Assembly: GCA_963774265.1 (NCBI GenBank)
Contig: CAVZDU010000001.1
Location: 64,001 to 128,000, forward strand
Direction: 5' to 3'
DNA length: 64,000 nt
Origin: an uncultured Chloroflexia bacterium
Lineage (GTDB): Bacteria > Chloroflexota > Anaerolineae > CG2-30-64-16
A program made the position numbers and the translations under genes. Below the pieces are notes generated by a model. The model saw only the letters and a program-made list of their open reading frames with translations, was not told where the DNA came from and did not search any database. Below are positions 60,304 through 64,000 of this stretch, one piece after another (position 1 is the stretch's first letter; each line of letters begins with the position of its first letter).

Positions 60304-61409
60304 CGCACCTTTCGACGCCGCGTGGCCGCCGCACAGCGTTGGTGCACGACTGGCTTAACCAGGTGGGTGGGGCAGAGAATGTTCTCGAGCTTCTGGTGCG
60401 CACGTTCCCGGGCGCGCCCGTTTTTACCAGCATGTATGCGGGCGACCGGATGCCCTCCGCGTATCGTGAGTGGGACATTCGCACCACCTTCATGCAGCAC
60501 TTGCCTGGCGTCACACGGAAACACCAGGTCTATCTGCCGGTGTATCCGCTCGCGTTCAGCGGCGTGAACTTGTCGGGATACGACCTGGTCCTTAGTAATA
60601 AGAGCGGGTTTTGCCACGGCGTAAAGGCGCCCGCTGGCGCCGTACATGTCTGCTATTGCCTGACGCCCACGCGCTTCCTATGGCAGTACGAGGCCTACCG
60701 GGCCCGCGAAGTGCTGGGAAAGGGCGTTGACCTGGCGCTGCGACCCTTGTTGGGGCCGTTGCGCCGCTGGGACTATGCTGCTGCGCAGCGCGTGCATCAT
60801 TTCATCGCTATCTCACGCGAGATTCAGGATCGGATTCGCCGCTTCTATGGCCGGGAGAGCACCATCATCTACCCGCCCGTCGACCTGAGGCGATTCACAC
60901 CCAGCGCGGATGCACCGGGCGACTATTTCCTGGCAGGCGGCCGGTTGATCCCATATAAACGCACCGACCTGGCGGTGCGGGCATGTTCTGAGTTGGGGCT
61001 GCGCTTGCTCGTCTTCGGTGACGGCCGCGACAGGGCAGCGTTGAAAAGCATGGCGGGACCTACGGTGACCTTCCTGGGTCACGTGCCCTGGGATGAGCTG
61101 GGACGGCTCTACGCGGGCGCCCGCGCATTTCTCTTCCCCGGCCTTGAGGATTTCGGCATCGCGCCGCTGGAGGCGCAGGCAGCGGGCCGGCCAGTTATCG
61201 CATATGCCGGAGGGGGCGCCCTGGACACGGTCTTGCCCGCTGAAACGGGCGAGTTCTTTGCTGAGCCGACGGTCGAATCGCTCAAGGGTGTATTATCCGG
61301 GTTCGACCCGGCGGCCTACGATCCTGCAGCATGCCGTCGCAACGCCGAGCGATTCGGAGAAGAACGGTTCGCGGATGAGTTGCGCTGTTTCATCGACAAG
61401 ACTATGTAG
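60300..61409 (+). CDS. Glycosyltransferase family 4 (WbaZ-like mannosyltransferase)
   Basis: ALVHDWL..GGAE, CYCLTPTR, IYPPVD, EDFGIAPLEAQAAG. Confidence 0.92.
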   Translation: MTHLSTPRGRRTALVHDWLNQVGGAENVLELLVRTFPGAPVFTSMYAGDRMPSAYREWDIRTTFMQHLPGVTRKHQVYLPVYPLAFSGVNLSGYDLVLSNKSGFCHGVKAPAGAVHVCYCLTPTRFLWQYEAYRAREVLGKGVDLALRPLLGPLRRWDYAAAQRVHHFIAISREIQDRIRRFYGRESTIIYPPVDLRRFTPSADAPGDYFLAGGRLIPYKRTDLAVRACSELGLRLLVFGDGRDRAALKSMAGPTVTFLGHVPWDELGRLYAGARAFLFPGLEDFGIAPLEAQAAGRPVIAYAGGGALDTVLPAETGEFFAEPTVESLKGVLSGFDPAAYDPAACRRNAERFGEERFADELRCFIDKTM

Positions 61410-61418
61410 GAAAGAGCC

Positions 61419-62108
61419 ATGGAACTACGAGCTTACTGGGCCGTCATCATGCGGCGTTGGTGGCTGCCGATAGGGCTGGCGCTGCTGGTCGCTGCTCTGG
61501 CGCTGATTGTGCAACGTCCGTGGCAGCCCCGCCCGGTCAGTTACAGCGCGAGTATGCGCTTTAACGTCGGCATCCAGCCGGAACGTATCCCTGGCGTTTA
61601 CACCTATGACCGCTACTACACAATGCTCACATCAGAGTATTTGGTGGACGATTTAGGTGAAATCGTGCGCAGCCAGGTATTCGCAGGGGCAGTCAGTCAA
61701 CGGCTGGCCGATCAGGGGATTACGGTGCCGGCCGGCGCGATCGGCGCCAGCGCGCAGCCCGGCAAGCTCCATCGCATCCTGACCATCAGCATCAACTGGC
61801 CTCACGAGGATGAATTACGAGCCATCGCTAATGCCGTCACTGCGACCCTGACCGACAGCACGGCGGACTTCTTCGGCCAGTTCAGTGCAGACGAAGCGGA
61901 TATCCGCCTGATCGATCCACCGGTCGTGGGCATCGTCGGTCGTCCGGCCCGTGAGCAACTGGACCTGCCTCTGCGCATCCTCTTGGCCCTCGCCGCCGGC
62001 CTGGGACTTGCATTCCTCCTCGACTACCTGGACCGGTCCATTCGGGACCGGGCAGACGTAGAGAAGCTCGGTCTGCCCATCCTGGCAGAAATCCCCCGCG
62101 GCAAATAG
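61419..62108 (+). CDS. Wzz/YveK-like polysaccharide chain-length/co-polymerase protein
   Basis: MELRAYWAVIMRRWW, two TM helices, LLDYLDRSIR..LGLPILAEIP. Confidence 0.8.
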   Translation: MELRAYWAVIMRRWWLPIGLALLVAALALIVQRPWQPRPVSYSASMRFNVGIQPERIPGVYTYDRYYTMLTSEYLVDDLGEIVRSQVFAGAVSQRLADQGITVPAGAIGASAQPGKLHRILTISINWPHEDELRAIANAVTATLTDSTADFFGQFSADEADIRLIDPPVVGIVGRPAREQLDLPLRILLALAAGLGLAFLLDYLDRSIRDRADVEKLGLPILAEIPRGK

Positions 62109-62128
62109 CACGGGCGCGCTGCCCGCTG

Positions 62129-62265
62129 CTATCCACAGGCAGGTCGCGCGAATGAAATACTAGATATAGGGGTGGTGGCAGGCGAGAGGCGTAATAGTGC
62201 CTCCAAGGCCGGGTTTATCCACAACGCAAGCCAGTTATACACCGTAAGAGGCCCAATTATCCACA
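62129..62265. other. DnaA-box cluster, probable oriC
   Basis: TTATCCACA at 62215 and 62257; one-mismatch boxes CTATCCACA at 62129 and TTATACACC at 62235; intergenic, directly 3' of dnaA. Confidence 0.8.
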
Positions 62266-62332
62266 ATAGAAACGCCAACACGCCGATCTTGACGACGTGT
62301 TGGCGTACCACAATTGTTTGACGGCGTGGTTG

Positions 62333-63727
62333 TTAGCGCACTCGCACAGGCTCGTACAGCCGATTGCGCAGGCTGCTGACACTTTGCGCAAGTTGCGCGT
62401 CCCCATCCATTTCCCTCGCGATCCGCTCGATCCCATGCATCACGGTGGTATGGTCACGTTGGAGGGCATTCCCGATCTGTTGGAGCGAAGCTCCCACTTC
62501 TTCGCGCATCACGTACATGACCACCTGCCGGGGGAGCGCAATCTTTGCGCTGCGGTTCCGACCGACCAGCTCAGCCAGCGTCACATCGAAGAAATCTGCA
62601 GCAACCCTGAGCACCATCTCCAGGGTCAGTTTGCCCTGCGCGGGGGCCAGGTAAGCCAGAGCGTCTTCTACGACCGCGACGCTGATCGGCCGCTGGAACA
62701 ACTCAGCGTGTGCAATCACCTTGGTCAGCGCACCTTCCAGGTCGCGGATGTTCCGGTGCGCGCGCTGCGCAATGGCCAGCAGCACATCGTCAGGCACGCG
62801 CCTGCCCACCGATGCCGCCTTTGTTTGTAGAATTGCTATCCGCGTCTCCAGATTGGGCGGTTGGATGTCCGTGATCATCCCCCAGGCGAACCGAGTGCGC
62901 AGGCGGTCCTCCAGGGTGGGAATCGCCTGCGGCGCCCGATCACTGGTAAGCACGATCTGCCGGTTTGCGGAATGCAGTGCGTTGAATGTGTGGAAGAATT
63001 CTTCCTGCGTCTGTTCTTTGCCTGCAATGAAGTGGACGTCATCCAGGAGCAATACGTCGGTGTTTCGATACTTGGCGCGGAAACTATCCGTGGAGCCGGA
63101 GCGGATAGCCTCAATCAGATCGTTGGTAAAGATCTCCGATGTAACATAAAGCACGCGTTGTCCGTTTGACTGCACCGACTTGCCGATGGCTTGGAGCAGG
63201 TGGGTCTTGCCCAGGCCGCTGCCGCCATAGATGAACAGCGGGTTGTAGGCGATTCCCGGTCGCTCCGCTACAGCGAAGGCCGACGCATGTGCCATCCGAT
63301 TTGACGGACCGACGATGAACGTCTCGAAACTGTACTGCGAACGCAGACCTGCGCTCTCGACGGCCGGTCGCTCGGCGGGCGCAGGGACGGCAGCCGGCTC
63401 CACCTCAAGCAACGGCGCCGGAGTAGGGTCCGGCCCGTCCTGTGCCGGCGTCGTCTGAATGATGAAGGTGACATCCACCGCATGACCCACGATGCTGGCC
63501 AATGTCCCTTTGATCATACGGCGCAGCCGCACCTGGAGCCAATCCCGGGCATAGGCATTGCTGGCCCCAATGACGAAGGCTCCATCCTCATGCGCCACAC
63601 ACACAGTGTCCCGCACCCAAGTGTCATAGGTGCTCTGGGGCAACTGCAAGCGCAGATGGCTCCGTGCGATCTCCCAAACTTCGCGCGGAGATCGTCCATC
63701 AGGGGCGTCAGGCGCGTTCATACGCAT
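62333..63727 (-). CDS. dnaA: Chromosomal replication initiator DnaA
   Basis: YNPLFIYGGSGLGKTHLL, LLLDDVHF, QEEFFHTFN, RDLEGAL, RDHTTVMHG. Confidence 0.98.
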   Translation of the reverse strand: MRMNAPDAPDGRSPREVWEIARSHLRLQLPQSTYDTWVRDTVCVAHEDGAFVIGASNAYARDWLQVRLRRMIKGTLASIVGHAVDVTFIIQTTPAQDGPDPTPAPLLEVEPAAVPAPAERPAVESAGLRSQYSFETFIVGPSNRMAHASAFAVAERPGIAYNPLFIYGGSGLGKTHLLQAIGKSVQSNGQRVLYVTSEIFTNDLIEAIRSGSTDSFRAKYRNTDVLLLDDVHFIAGKEQTQEEFFHTFNALHSANRQIVLTSDRAPQAIPTLEDRLRTRFAWGMITDIQPPNLETRIAILQTKAASVGRRVPDDVLLAIAQRAHRNIRDLEGALTKVIAHAELFQRPISVAVVEDALAYLAPAQGKLTLEMVLRVAADFFDVTLAELVGRNRSAKIALPRQVVMYVMREEVGASLQQIGNALQRDHTTVMHGIERIAREMDGDAQLAQSVSSLRNRLYEPVRVR

Positions 63728-64000
63728 AACTCCAATAACAAGAGCTTAACCCATGACAACGTCACAACGAACAGATCGCTCTGCAACTCATGCCCACAAA
63801 CGGGCAAACGCATCCGCACGCTCGCAAGTGAAGCGAGCGACCACCGCGCAAGAGATCCCGCGCACATCAGACGTCAGTTACGACGGCCGTCATGGCCGTC
63901 TGCGACAGAAGGGGGCCTGCAAGCCAGTGCGAGCGGACTGAGGACGATGCTGCCGAATGCGTGGTCGCGCTGGCTCAGTTGTGGGTGGAATTCTAGCATC

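Noticed and set aside
1-64000. CRISPR arrays, IS elements, prophage, rRNA/tRNA, parS
   Set aside because: No spaced direct repeats, transposase, integrase or phage genes, structural RNA signatures or GTTTCACGTGAAAC-like palindrome were found by eye; degenerate copies cannot be excluded.

Overview
GC-rich bacterial chromosomal window, most likely Chloroflexota (Anaerolineae/Caldilineae-like; inferred from gene content and secreted-protein tails), ending at dnaA/oriC. Layout: (1) 1-7.3 kb holds a UDPGP-family nucleotidyltransferase, zwf-pgl and Lia-like membrane proteins. (2) 7.5-35.5 kb is a minus-strand surface-glycosylation locus with GT2/GT4s, Wzm/Wzt, a methyltransferase-coiled coil-GT2-GT4 fusion, a GT-C-like membrane protein, a DPM1-like GT2 and a YbhN flippase, interleaved with six secreted enzymes and one 4-repeat secreted beta-rich protein. 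(3) 35.6-47 kb holds clpC, a baeRF1-family gene, cbpA, a LysM lipoprotein, kbl, hppA and rnd. (4) 48-64 kb holds rpmH-rnpA-yidD-yidC-jag, pfkB, parA-parB, an amidohydrolase, phoU-coiled coil-selB, GT4, wzz-like, a DnaA-box cluster and dnaA. Main observation: repeats 2-4 of the 4-repeat protein each begin with a Phi-x-V-P-L-x-x-[KS/R] strand, repeat 1 lacks it, and all six neighbouring secreted enzymes carry a free copy of that strand at their N- or C-terminus. This suggests surface display by donor-strand complementation onto an S-layer-like scaffold (hypothesis, untested). Eight apparent single-base indels in six genes look like long-read assembly errors. No tRNA, rRNA, CRISPR or mobile element was seen.
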